Made by a program: the position numbers and the translations under genes
The notes under the pieces: model-generated
Told to the model about the DNA's origin: nothing
Databases searched by the model: none
Seen by the model: the letters and a program-made list of their open reading frames with translations, nothing else
Assembly (NCBI GenBank): GCA_963622135.1
Contig: CAVFGR010000018.1
Location: 5,185 to 69,184, forward strand
DNA length: 64,000 bases
Reading direction: 5' to 3'
Source of the DNA: a bacterium
Lineage (GTDB): Bacteria; Bacillota_I; Bacilli_A; RFN20; CAG-826
Shown: positions 10,601 through 19,210 of the stretch, one piece after another
How positions within the stretch are numbered: position 1 is the first letter of the stretch
How the letters are laid out: the number at the start of each line of letters is the position of its first letter

Positions 10601-11268
10601 GCACCACCGCGAGTGACGGCGTGGGTATGTGGGTTGAGAGCCAATTCTCTGAACTTCTCGACTTTCTCCATCGGAAGCAATTTCTTCCATTCTTCAGGAT
10701 CGACGAATTCGACGTTCTGAACTTCGTGGGATGTACGGAAACCATCGAAGAAGTGGATGACTGGCAAAGAGGAATCGATGGCAGTCAAATGAGCGACCGG
10801 TGTCAAATCAGCGATTTCTTGGACGGAACCAGAGCAGATCATGGTCGCGCCGGTCTGACGGCAGGCATAGATATCCTGGTGGTCACCGAAGATGGACAAC
10901 GCGTGGTTGGCTAAGCTACGAGCCGAGACATGCAAGACGGCTGGGAGTTCTTCGCCCACCCACTTGTAGACATTCGGGATCATGAGCAATAAGCCTTGGG
11001 ACGCGGTGTAGGTGGTGGCTAATGCGCCGCCTTGCAAAGCGCCGTGGACAGCGCCAGAAGCGCCGGCTTCGGATTGCATTTCAACAACTTTGACGGTCGA
11101 ATTGAAGAAATTCTTTTCTTTCTTGGACGCCATAACGTCGACCAATTCGGCCATTGGGGAGGACGGGGTGATCGGGAAGATCGCGGCAACCTCAGTAAAA
11201 TAATAACTTTCTTGTCCGGCTGCGGTATTTCCGTCAACCGATTGGAATGTTTTCTTGATTTCAGACAT
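7699..11268 (-). CDS. nifJ: Pyruvate:ferredoxin (flavodoxin) oxidoreductase, single-polypeptide PFOR
   Basis: 1189 aa. TPP-binding GDG motif (IVGGDGWSYDIGYGGLDH), two 4Fe-4S ferredoxin motifs (CIECNQCAFVCP; CVGCGLCVSEC) and the typical PFOR length and domain order. Confidence 0.95.
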   Translation of the reverse strand: MSEIKKTFQSVDGNTAAGQESYYFTEVAAIFPITPSSPMAELVDVMASKKEKNFFNSTVKVVEMQSEAGASGAVHGALQGGALATTYTASQGLLLMIPNVYKWVGEELPAVLHVSARSLANHALSIFGDHQDIYACRQTGATMICSGSVQEIADLTPVAHLTAIDSSLPVIHFFDGFRTSHEVQNVEFVDPEEWKKLLPMEKVEKFRELALNPHTHAVTRGGAENDDVYFQACEAQNLEHEAVIDYACKYFEEATRLTGREYAPFVYYGAKDATKVIIAMGSITETAGEVVDALNAKGEKVGLVKVHLYRPFSAKLLSKVIPASVKQVAVLDRTKEAGATGEPLYLDVIAALSQEHRTDIEVLGGRYGLSSKDTQPKDVKAVFDHLDNPNRWNSFTIGIKDDVTHLSLPVDDKFFIDHDYTSCLFYGLGSDGTVSANKSSIKIIGDATHQYAQAYFQYDSRKSGGVTRSHLRFGKDPIHSEYYVKNADFISCSLDTYIFRFDIINNLKEGGTFLLNTDMDEATLIASMPNRMKHLLAERKAKFYIIDANKIAEDIGLGRRTNTVLQSSFFKLNEQIMPYAEAQKWMKKFALKSYAKKGQAIVDLNYKAIDGGADGLKEVKVDPKWIELPVARRKSNTGDEYFDEYYNVIGNLDGDDIPTSTFRKFELNSGTMNPNVTFYDKREIAAMVPQWNSAYCIECNQCAFVCPHATIRPFLLNEKEVENAPEIVKNDLKNALGGPAVAGLKYRIQVSPKNCVGCGLCVSECLGNQTAKKLGNDHFALKMVEAKSQFAQEEGADYLYKHTEYKADKYPLTTVKGVSFLMPYMEVSGACAGCGETPYYRLTSQLFGKDMLVANATGCSSIYCGSTPLTPFVRDNNGNGPAWANSLFEDNAEFGFGMRIATDYKLTQIVRILSAAVEAEDVEENLKDLANQYLANVKNREFIRSIVNDLVAAVKASKNEAVKELLEYERDLIDKSVWIVGGDGWSYDIGYGGLDHVLANEADVNVLVLDTELYSNTGGQASKSSQTGSINKFTASGKKEAKKNLALLAMSYGHVYVAQIALGANPVKAIQALKEAESYDGPSLIICYCPCINHGIKGGLSNSILEEKQAVECGYFQTFRYDPRKVKEGKPGLEMDCKDPDWSKFRDFLMHQTRFAQLPIVNPEEAENLLNKCEAYAKDRLEAVKKFGL

Positions 11269-11414
11269 GATGAAAACTTCTCCTTAATCGATGAAAGTAT
11301 ACTCTCAAAATCTTCTTTCATAAAAGAAAGAACCGCTTACATTTGATATGCGTTTTTGGTATAGAGACCTTACTAGGTCTATGTGAATTTGCATTCACCT
11401 GCAAAACCTACAAA

Positions 11415-12182
11415 TTATCGACTAAACAAACGTTTAATTAAAAGATTGATTAAATCGAAAAACATTATTATCAAAACCGCGATTAATGCGATGGCGAATA
11501 TCGGAGTCATGTCTCCAGGATTCATATTTCGATAGTAATTAATGGCAGAGCCTAGTCCATAGCTTGTGCTTCCGGTAATAATTTCGGCCATGATGGTCGT
11601 CTTCAAGGACAACGCGAAAGACGATGCCAAACCCACCAAGACATACGGAAAGGCGATAGGAAGCCTGATTTTGAAGAAGTTATTAACCTTGTTCCCGGAA
11701 TCCAGACGCATCGCCATCTCCACTTCATCAGGAAGCGAATTCATGCCGCCGACAAAAGCCTCGTAAAGAATAGGGAAGGAGAGCAATGTCGCGATGGCGA
11801 TAGGCGCATAATCGCTTCCCAAAAGAAGGAGGAATAAGAAAACGAATGCGGCAGTCGGTGCGCTCTTTAAGACAACAAACAATGGTTTAAGGAAAACCTG
11901 AAGTTTCTTAAAGGTCCCAACGAAGAATCCCAAAATAAGGGCGCCAGCGAAGGCGATGACAAATCCAATCAACGTCCTCAGTAACGACATTCCAATGGAT
12001 TTCCAAATATAGACGCTTCCAAGCAGCTTTCCGAATAATTCGAATGTCGAAACAGGGCTCGGAAAGGTGAATCCTCCACCGCCAATCGACGCGGATATAA
12101 CCCACCAAAGAATAAAAACGAAAAAGATCCCGTAGATATACAGGCTTGTATTGTTAACTAGGATCTTCTTTAGTTTCTTCAT
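11415..12182 (-). CDS. ABC transporter permease (NitT/TauT-like, 6 TM)
   Basis: 255 aa hydrophobic protein with the length and topology of binding-protein-dependent permeases. It lies directly downstream of the SBP gene with a 0 nt gap. No ATPase gene is adjacent. Confidence 0.6.
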   Translation of the reverse strand: MKKLKKILVNNTSLYIYGIFFVFILWWVISASIGGGGFTFPSPVSTFELFGKLLGSVYIWKSIGMSLLRTLIGFVIAFAGALILGFFVGTFKKLQVFLKPLFVVLKSAPTAAFVFLFLLLLGSDYAPIAIATLLSFPILYEAFVGGMNSLPDEVEMAMRLDSGNKVNNFFKIRLPIAFPYVLVGLASSFALSLKTTIMAEIITGSTSYGLGSAINYYRNMNPGDMTPIFAIALIAVLIIMFFDLINLLIKRLFSR

Positions 12183-13127
12183 TTAGTCGTGATTGAAATA
12201 GATGGTGTCGGAGCTGGTTTCTTGGCCTAACGCGGTCAAGAAGGAATCGATTCCTGGTTTATTGACATCGGCCCATTGGAAACCAAGGCCGATTTTATTT
12301 CCGTTATTCAATAGATTCTTAATAAGAGTTGGGTTGCCGATTTTAGAGGTAATGGCTTCGGTTTCTAAGCCGGATTCTCTTATAGCTTCATCAAGCTCAG
12401 ATGGCTCGTGAAGCAAATCTTCGATGTCATCTTTGATATCGATGATGAATTCTTTGACCGTCCTATGACTCAAAGAATTGTTAACGAAAATGGAGGCCTG
12501 GGTCATTCTCTCCCCATTGGTTTTGGATTTATACATTTCTTGGATGTCAGCATAGACGGAGGCCTTGTTGTTTTGAGAGAGAGCGGCCGCCAAAGCAGGC
12601 TGGGCCGTTAAAACATAAGCCGCTTCCGCATTGGAGTCGGATTCGTTTTTGCCAGAGATTAGGCATCTCGACGCTGCGGCGGCGTCGCTAACATAATGGA
12701 TGTTGGTGTAATCCGTCCCATAGACATACTTGAATAGCAAGTCGGGAATGTTATTTTGCTGGAAAACGACGATGTAATCGTCTTTATCCAAAGTCCCATT
12801 CGCATCATTGCCCGTAGCGGCCAAGTAGAAATTACCAAAGGTAATGGTAGCCGCGATTTTATATGGGGCGTTCATCTTTTGAATCATCTTAACCCCGGCG
12901 TTTGTAGGCAAGACAACTATGTCTTTTGAGCCAGCCTGGAAATACGAACTTACGGTGTTCGCGTTTGATATTTCCAAGTTTTTATCAGCAAGATGCTCGT
13001 AGAAAGCCAAGGCAGGAGCCCCGCTTGGGCACGCCACCGTCAAATTCAAAGGATCATCGTCGTGGATGTCATCGCATCCCGTTAGGAGCAATAAGGGCAA
13101 TAAGGCAATTAAGTATTTTTTGTTCAT
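12183..13127 (-). CDS. ABC transporter substrate-binding lipoprotein
   Basis: The ORF track starts at 13202, but the signal peptide and lipobox (MNKKYLIALLPLLLLTGC) begin at an internal ATG at 13125-13127. This ATG is preceded by GAGGA 7 nt upstream. The mature protein is about 290 aa, typical of NMT1/SsuA-like SBPs. Confidence 0.55.
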   Translation of the reverse strand: MNKKYLIALLPLLLLTGCDDIHDDDPLNLTVACPSGAPALAFYEHLADKNLEISNANTVSSYFQAGSKDIVVLPTNAGVKMIQKMNAPYKIAATITFGNFYLAATGNDANGTLDKDDYIVVFQQNNIPDLLFKYVYGTDYTNIHYVSDAAAASRCLISGKNESDSNAEAAYVLTAQPALAAALSQNNKASVYADIQEMYKSKTNGERMTQASIFVNNSLSHRTVKEFIIDIKDDIEDLLHEPSELDEAIRESGLETEAITSKIGNPTLIKNLLNNGNKIGLGFQWADVNKPGIDSFLTALGQETSSDTIYFNHD

Positions 13128-13172
13128 AGGTTTTTCCTCGTGGATATTATATGGATATTCTCTTATGATTAA

Positions 13173-13188
13173 TGTGATATATGTCACA
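13173..13188. promoter_or_regulatory. Perfect CRP-type palindrome TGTGA-N6-TCACA in the divergent SBP/crp intergenic region
   Basis: The sequence TGTGAtatatgTCACA is seen directly. It overlaps the ATG of the Crp-family gene. It is centred about 33 bp from a TATAAT-like -10 (minus strand, around 13145-13150) upstream of the SBP gene, which is class II CRP/FNR geometry. Confidence 0.5.
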
Positions 13189-13774
13189 GATATTAGATAC
13201 ATTAAAGACAGGGGATTTATCCCTTTTCAAAACGATAAAAGTTAAGAAGGGGGATATGCTTTTCAGGGAAACCGAAAAATGCTCGTTTGTCGGCATCGTC
13301 AAATCGGGTTCATTGACCATTTCCTCATATACCTTTGAAGGCAAGGAAATCATATTCAACACGATAAAGACCGGAATGATGTTTGGGAACAATTTGCTGT
13401 TTTCGAAGGAATCCCATTACAAAGGCAATGTCATCGCCACCGAAGATTCAATCATTTATCTTATCGATGAAGATAATTTGTTGACATTGTGTGGCCAAAA
13501 CAAGATCTTCCTAAAAGAATATCTATCTATGACCGCGAACTCCGCCATAAAACTTAATGAACGCATCAAAATGTTGTCATTCAATTCCTTGGAGGAAAGA
13601 TTCTCTTACGCCTTGTTCTTGCATAATGGAATCCTTCCATATAAATCAATCTCCGATCTAGCCAAGGAGCTAAACGTTGAAAGAGAGACGTTATCCAGAT
13701 ACGTATCAAAACAAATATCCATTGGTTTGATTCAAAAGGATAACCACCGATTGATAGACTTATCTAAGAAATAA
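13181..13774 (+). CDS. Crp/Fnr-family transcriptional regulator
   Basis: 197 aa. The N-terminal cNMP-binding beta-roll (KKGDMLFRETEKCSFVGIVKSGSL) and a C-terminal HTH (ISDLAKELNVERETLSRYVSK) are present. Confidence 0.8.
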   Translation: MSQILDTLKTGDLSLFKTIKVKKGDMLFRETEKCSFVGIVKSGSLTISSYTFEGKEIIFNTIKTGMMFGNNLLFSKESHYKGNVIATEDSIIYLIDEDNLLTLCGQNKIFLKEYLSMTANSAIKLNERIKMLSFNSLEERFSYALFLHNGILPYKSISDLAKELNVERETLSRYVSKQISIGLIQKDNHRLIDLSKK

Positions 13775-13808
13775 AAAAGCCGGCTGTTGCCGACTTTTCA
13801 TTTTCAAG

Positions 13809-13884
<76 letters not shown>

Positions 13885-13925
13885 AACGCTTGGTTATTTT
13901 ATACTTGCCTCTTTCATTTAGCAAG

Positions 13926-13952
13926 ATAAAGAAAAGGAGCCGTGAGGCTCCC
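13926..13952 (-). terminator. Rho-independent terminator after the BIG2 lipoprotein gene
   Basis: On the minus strand: GGGAGCC-TCAC-GGCTCC followed by TTTTCTTTATC. Confidence 0.55.
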
Positions 13953-13973
13953 TTTCAATTTTGATTCAATGGC

Positions 13974-15395
13974 TTATTCAGCAATGGCCTGAACTTCGAA
14001 ATTCTTAATACGAATCTGTTTGGCTAAATCATTGAGGGCCACAGATTGCGCTGGGGACGCCAATGTGATAGTGACAACGTGGTCCACTTTATCCATCGTG
14101 GCGCCAGTCGGAAGACTTGCTTCGGTGATTCCGCAATATTCTTTTGAGCTGGTGCAATCGCATGTCATGACAATGCGAGAGAATGCGGTATCACAGCTTA
14201 AAACAGCGTTCGCACCTTGGTAAATTTTGACGCTATACTTGTCAGAAGTCCAAACTTCAAAGTAAGTGCTGGAACCTTGCTCATTTTTAATAGTAAGGCC
14301 ATCGGTGGAGGTATAAGAAGCGTATTTAGGGCTTTCGGAGCTCTTATCATCGGTGGTAGCAACCGTATTTTCCGTTTTGTTGAAAGAAATGGATGCAACC
14401 TTGGCGTAATTAACACCCTTGGTAACAGTCATCGCAAATTCTTTCTTCTTGCTGGAATCAGCGGAAGAAGTAGCGGTGATGGTAACGGAGCCTTCGGCAA
14501 CACCAGTAACTTTACCAGAGGAAGAAACGGTAGCCTTGGTGTCATCGCTGGAAGACCAGACAACGCCCTGATCGGCAGTGGATGGCAAGACAGAAGCGGT
14601 CAAAGAGACACTGGCGCCAGTGGCAACGTTGGCATCGCCAGTAACATTGACGGATTCGACAGCATCGTAGTGAGCGGTAACGTCGAAGATACCCATGTTG
14701 ACATTCTTGGAAGAGTTGGTGCCAATCATGTAGAAGGAAACGTCATATTTGCAACCGACATAGAGTTTGGTGCTTCTGTTGGCTTCGGTGACGTTGTTGC
14801 CTGGGACATAATAGTAGGAAACGAGTTTCTTTTCGAAACCATCAATGGACCAACCGGCGTATCCGGAAACGTCTTCAGCGGTAAGACCAGTGATCTTATA
14901 ACGTTTGGAATTGGTTGGGCTCCAAGAAGCATCTCCGCTTGAAGATTTCGAAGTGATATTCCACATGCCATTGATGTCGGCAGCGGTGATTTCGGTTGGA
15001 GCGGATAAAGTTGGGCCGGCTTGGGTGGTCGGGGCAGCAGTGACAGTCGCACTCTTTAATTCGTATAAACCCCAATATGCTTCACAGGTAGCGGAGACCA
15101 AGACATGGTCGCCAACCTTGAATTCGCTGGCTAAAGTGCCAAAGACATAGACGGAAGCCTTGCCATCATCAAGGACCCAGCCTTTGGATCCGATCTGAGC
15201 GACAACGCCAGAAACCTGAACGTCACCAACTTCGACGTTGGAAATGCCACCGTCATAGGCAACAGGGGTTACGGAAGAGGTATCGTCTCCTCCAGTGGAA
15301 GGAACGCTTGAGTCGTCACTTTTGTCTGGGCCACAGGCGGCTAAACCAAAAGAAAGAACGGCAGCAAGAGGTAATAGTATGATCTTACGATTCAT
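13974..15395 (-). CDS. Surface lipoprotein with bacterial Ig-like (BIG2) domain
   Basis: The likely true start is the ATG at 15393-15395 (MNRKIILLPLAAVLSFGLAACGPD lipobox), preceded by GAGAGGAGAAAT. The ORF track extends to a GTG at 15437. A BIG2-like stretch VNVTGDANVATGASVSLTASVLPSTADQGVVWSSSDDTKATVSSSGKVTGVAEGSVTITA is present, and the protein is rich in Ser/Thr/Gly. Confidence 0.65.
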   Translation of the reverse strand: MNRKIILLPLAAVLSFGLAACGPDKSDDSSVPSTGGDDTSSVTPVAYDGGISNVEVGDVQVSGVVAQIGSKGWVLDDGKASVYVFGTLASEFKVGDHVLVSATCEAYWGLYELKSATVTAAPTTQAGPTLSAPTEITAADINGMWNITSKSSSGDASWSPTNSKRYKITGLTAEDVSGYAGWSIDGFEKKLVSYYYVPGNNVTEANRSTKLYVGCKYDVSFYMIGTNSSKNVNMGIFDVTAHYDAVESVNVTGDANVATGASVSLTASVLPSTADQGVVWSSSDDTKATVSSSGKVTGVAEGSVTITATSSADSSKKKEFAMTVTKGVNYAKVASISFNKTENTVATTDDKSSESPKYASYTSTDGLTIKNEQGSSTYFEVWTSDKYSVKIYQGANAVLSCDTAFSRIVMTCDCTSSKEYCGITEASLPTGATMDKVDHVVTITLASPAQSVALNDLAKQIRIKNFEVQAIAE

Positions 15396-15518
15396 TTTAA
15401 TTTTATTTCTCCTCTCTATTACACCATATTTTGGCACGATGAATAGAAAATGAGAAATGATTTATTTAAAAAATAAAAGGAAGCGCTATATTGCAAGCGC
15501 TCCCTTAGGTTTAAAAAT

Positions 15519-17321
15519 CTATTTCTTTGGGAATTTTTCCCTGTCACCTTCATAGGTGGTGTGCAAGAGGTTTTCCGCAATGCCACCGCAAGGCTCGCCC
15601 AAGAAATTCTTATAAAGGGCTTTGATATCAGGGTTGTTATGGGATTGCCTGATTGTCGACTTCTCATCGATGGAATAAAGAATGTCAGCTCTCTTTTGGC
15701 AATAGGTATCCAAGATGTTAGGAGCCTCCTTACCCGCCAAGAGGTTCGGTTTGACGAATGGCTGACCGCCACCGTTAATGCATCCGCCAGGGCAACCCAT
15801 GATCTCAATGAAAGCATATGGGGATTCACCAGCGCGGATTTCATCCAACAACGGCTTTGCATTTCTCATTCCAGAGGCAATCGCGACCTTAAGGACGGTC
15901 CCATCGATGTCGATCTCAGCCTCTTTGACGCCTTGTAACCCGCGAACCGAGCCAAACTCAATCGGTCCATATTCTTTGCCGGTCAAGGAATGATAGGCGG
16001 TACGCAAAGCGGCTTCCATAACCCCGCCGGTGACGCCGAAGATGACGCCAGCGCCGGAATATTGCCCCAACAAGTCTTGGTCAAACTCTTCTTCAGGAAG
16101 TTCATCCCAAAGGAGACCCGCTCTCTTAATAAGGACGGCCAACTCGCGAGTCGTCAAAACGGCATCGACATCTTGAAGTCCTTCCACCGCTGCATTGGCT
16201 TTGCGCTGAGCTTCGCCTTTCTTGGCGATGCAAGGCATGATGGAAACAACGAAGATATCCTGTGGTTTTAAATTATGGGTCTTTGCGAAATAGCTCTTGA
16301 TGATCGCGCCTTCCATCTCGTGAGGGGACTTGCAGGTCGAAACATGCGGAATCAAATCATCATAGAAATATTCGAGATAATTGATCCATCCAGGGGAACA
16401 AGAGGTGATCTGTGGCAAGACATCTTTCGATTTGATGCGGTTGATCAATTCCTGTGATTCTTCCATGATGGTCAAGTCAGCCGCAAAGTTTGTATCGAAG
16501 ACTCTCTTAAAGCCAAGTCGATGCAAAGCGGCGACCATCTTGCCAGTGCCATTTTCTTCGCCAATCTTGTGTCCAAATTCCTCAGCGATGGCGGCCCTGA
16601 CGGCCGGGGCAGTCTGAACGACCACGTATTTCCCTTGCATGATGGCGTCATCGACTTTGCCAATCTCGCGATGCTCGCTTAAAGCGCCGGTCGGGCAAAC
16701 TTCGATGCATTGTCCGCACTGAATGCATGGGGATTTCGCAAACGAACGATTGAAGGCTGGGCCGACAATCGCGTTGAAACCACGATATTGGAAGCCAAGA
16801 ACGCCGATGCCTTGTGCTTTCTTGCAACGTTCGACGCAACGGCCGCAAAGGATGCACTTGCTGGTATCCCTGACGATGCCAGGGGCAACGTCATCATAAT
16901 AAGTCTCGGTCTTTGAGCCTTCGAACTGATGGTCTCTGGCACCGACTAAGTCGGCGACATGCAACAATTCGCAACGACCGTTTTTGATACATGTTTGGCA
17001 ATCTTTGGAATGGTTGCTCAAAAGCAATTCCACCGAGGTGCGCCTGGCGTTGATGGCCTTTGGGGACGAAATATGGATTTCGAAACCTTTCTCGGCTTGG
17101 CAATCGGTGACCGGATAGACGCAGCTAGCCACCAATCTGGAACCCATTTTGGAGCGAATTTCGACCAAGCAGACGCGGCAGCTGGCCAAAGAGTTCTCGC
17201 AGTCCTTCCAATAGCAAAGGGTCGGGATGTTGTAACCTACCATACGAGCGGCCGCTAAGACGGATAAATCGCTAGGGACGTTATAGATACGACCTTCAAT
17301 GTTGATATTCACGTTTTCCAT
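15519..17321 (-). CDS. hydA: [FeFe]-hydrogenase catalytic subunit (HydA of trimeric HydABC type); L1 motif is TSCSPGW instead of TSCCPxW
   Basis: An N-terminal 2Fe-2S ferredoxin-like domain is followed by a His-ligated cluster and two 4Fe-4S motifs (CILCGRCVERC; CIQCGQCIEVCP). H-cluster motifs present: L2 MPCIAKKGE and L3 EIMGCPGGCINGGGQP, with a variant L1 ITSCSPGW. The start is reassigned to the ATG at 17319-17321 (MENVNINIEGRIY) preceded by AAGGAGGGG. Confidence 0.85.
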   Translation of the reverse strand: MENVNINIEGRIYNVPSDLSVLAAARMVGYNIPTLCYWKDCENSLASCRVCLVEIRSKMGSRLVASCVYPVTDCQAEKGFEIHISSPKAINARRTSVELLLSNHSKDCQTCIKNGRCELLHVADLVGARDHQFEGSKTETYYDDVAPGIVRDTSKCILCGRCVERCKKAQGIGVLGFQYRGFNAIVGPAFNRSFAKSPCIQCGQCIEVCPTGALSEHREIGKVDDAIMQGKYVVVQTAPAVRAAIAEEFGHKIGEENGTGKMVAALHRLGFKRVFDTNFAADLTIMEESQELINRIKSKDVLPQITSCSPGWINYLEYFYDDLIPHVSTCKSPHEMEGAIIKSYFAKTHNLKPQDIFVVSIMPCIAKKGEAQRKANAAVEGLQDVDAVLTTRELAVLIKRAGLLWDELPEEEFDQDLLGQYSGAGVIFGVTGGVMEAALRTAYHSLTGKEYGPIEFGSVRGLQGVKEAEIDIDGTVLKVAIASGMRNAKPLLDEIRAGESPYAFIEIMGCPGGCINGGGQPFVKPNLLAGKEAPNILDTYCQKRADILYSIDEKSTIRQSHNNPDIKALYKNFLGEPCGGIAENLLHTTYEGDREKFPKK

Positions 17322-17332
17322 AATTCCCCTCC

Positions 17333-19210
17333 TTAACGTTTCTCGATGGCATGGAAGAAGCAGCCTTCCATGCAAGCGCCGCACTTAAGGCACTTGTTTT
17401 GATCGATCACATAAGCGACTTTGCCTGGAACGCCACTGATGCAGTTGGCCGGGCAATAACGTGCGCACTTTGAGCACTTCTTGCACTTATCTGGATCGAT
17501 ATAGTATTGGATTAATTTCGTGCAGACGTGAGCAGGGCACTTCCTGTCCTTGACGTGAGCCTCATATTCCTCCGGGAAGTTGTTCATCGTCGAAAGGATA
17601 GGGTTAGCTGCCGTCTGCCCCAAAGCGCATAACGAGCCATCTTTGATGACGGTAGCCAGATATTTCATATCCTTCAAAGTCTGTTCGGTCGCCGTCCCGT
17701 TGGTGACTTTCTGAAGCATCTCGTAAAGTCTCTTCGTGCCGATTCGGCATGGAGAGCATTTGCCACAAGATTCATGACAGATGAAATCCATATAGAACAA
17801 GGCCACGTCGACCATGCAGTTATCTTCGTCCATGACGATAGCCCCGCCGGAACCCATCATGGAACCCTTGGCAACTAAGGAATCGTAATCGATTGGGACA
17901 TCCAAGTCCTTTTCGGTCAAACAGCCTCCCGATGGGCCGCCGGTCTGAATGGCTTTGAAATGCTTGTTATGAGGGATGCCGCCACCGATGTCGAAAATCA
18001 AGGTGCGCAGGGTGGTTCCCATCGGAACTTCAACCAAACCGACGTTGTTGACTTTGCCACCCAAGGCAAAGACCTTCGTGCCTTTGCTGCCTTCGGTGCC
18101 GATGCTTGCATATTTCGCCGCGCCTTCGCGGATGATATATGGAACTTGGGATAAAGTCTCAACGTTATTGACACAGGTTGGCTTGCCCCAAAGGCCCTTG
18201 ATGGCTGGGAATGGAGGACGTGGGCGAGGCATGCCGCGCTTGCCCTCGATGGAGTTAAGCAAGGCGGTTTCTTCGCCGCAGACGAAAGCCCCGGCCCCTA
18301 ATCTCAAATGAGCGCGGAAATTAAAGCCGGTTCCGAGGATGTTATCACCCAGCAAACCAACCTTTTCCATTTCTTGGATGGCCTTTTGCAAGCGTTCGAC
18401 GGCGACAGGGTATTCGGCGCGGACATAGAAATAGCCTTCGTCCGCCCCAAAGGCGTAGCCGGCGATCATCATACCTTCGATGACTTGGAACGGATTGCCT
18501 TCCAAAATGGAACGATCCATGAAGGCACCTGGGTCTCCTTCGTCGCCGTTACAGACGATGTATTTCTTATCAGACTGGACATTCGCGGCGAATTGCCATT
18601 TCCTTCCGGTCGGGAAACCCGCCCCGCCTCTGCCTCTTAAGCCAGAAGCCAAGACTTCATCGATGACCTCTTGAGGGGTCATCTCGGTAACGGCCTTCTT
18701 TAAGGCCTTAAATCCATCATAGCCTAACGATTCTTCGAGGGAATGTGGGTCGATAAGAGAACAGCCATGCAAAGAAATGCGGATTTGCTTCTTATAGAAA
18801 TTGATATCGTCCTGACGTTGGACCTTCATATGGGTAGCCGGATCGACATAAAGGAGATTCTCGCAGACTTTGCCACCGATCAAATCTTCTTCGACGATTT
18901 GTTTGACGTCTTCCAACTTGACTGTGCGATATAAGGTATCTTCCGGATAGATTCTCACGAAAGGACCTTGGGAGCAGAAGCCAAAGCAACCGACTTGGTT
19001 GACTTCTATTTTGTCTTCTAAGCCATGTTCTTTAATTTGCTTTTTCAATTCATCGAGGATTGGGCCCGAGTCATTGGCTAAGCAGCCTGTCCCGCCGCAA
19101 ACCTGGATGGATCTTTTCCCGTTCTCGCCGCTGACTTTCTTTTTGAAAGCCTCTTCGCATGAGATAGTCAATTTCTCAAGCTGTTCAGGAGTCTTGATTG
19201 TCTTAAGCAT
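17333..19210 (-). CDS. hydB: NADH-binding flavoprotein subunit of bifurcating hydrogenase (NuoF-like, HydB)
   Basis: NuoF-type motifs GLRGRGGAGFPTGRKW and an N-terminal thioredoxin-like 2Fe-2S domain. Two C-terminal 4Fe-4S ferredoxin motifs (CKKCSKCARYCP; CLKCGACMEGC). The start is reassigned to the ATG at 19208-19210 (MLKTIKT) with AAGGAGAG upstream. Confidence 0.85.
   Translation of the reverse strand: MLKTIKTPEQLEKLTISCEEAFKKKVSGENGKRSIQVCGGTGCLANDSGPILDELKKQIKEHGLEDKIEVNQVGCFGFCSQGPFVRIYPEDTLYRTVKLEDVKQIVEEDLIGGKVCENLLYVDPATHMKVQRQDDINFYKKQIRISLHGCSLIDPHSLEESLGYDGFKALKKAVTEMTPQEVIDEVLASGLRGRGGAGFPTGRKWQFAANVQSDKKYIVCNGDEGDPGAFMDRSILEGNPFQVIEGMMIAGYAFGADEGYFYVRAEYPVAVERLQKAIQEMEKVGLLGDNILGTGFNFRAHLRLGAGAFVCGEETALLNSIEGKRGMPRPRPPFPAIKGLWGKPTCVNNVETLSQVPYIIREGAAKYASIGTEGSKGTKVFALGGKVNNVGLVEVPMGTTLRTLIFDIGGGIPHNKHFKAIQTGGPSGGCLTEKDLDVPIDYDSLVAKGSMMGSGGAIVMDEDNCMVDVALFYMDFICHESCGKCSPCRIGTKRLYEMLQKVTNGTATEQTLKDMKYLATVIKDGSLCALGQTAANPILSTMNNFPEEYEAHVKDRKCPAHVCTKLIQYYIDPDKCKKCSKCARYCPANCISGVPGKVAYVIDQNKCLKCGACMEGCFFHAIEKR

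Noticed and set aside
12183-13202. ORF-track start at 13202 for the SBP gene (MYLISVTYITLIIREY...)
   Set aside because: The extension has no RBS and precedes the signal peptide. The internal ATG at 13127 has a GAGGA RBS and begins a canonical lipoprotein signal peptide. Analogous 5' trimming was applied to hydA, hydB, the BIG2 lipoprotein, the P-type ATPase and the phosphatase, whose track starts run through their own RBS sequences.
13147-13392. 81-aa minus-strand ORF overlapping the crp-family gene start
   Set aside because: It lies antisense to the well-supported Crp/Fnr CDS with no RBS. The region is better explained by the CRP palindrome and divergent promoters.
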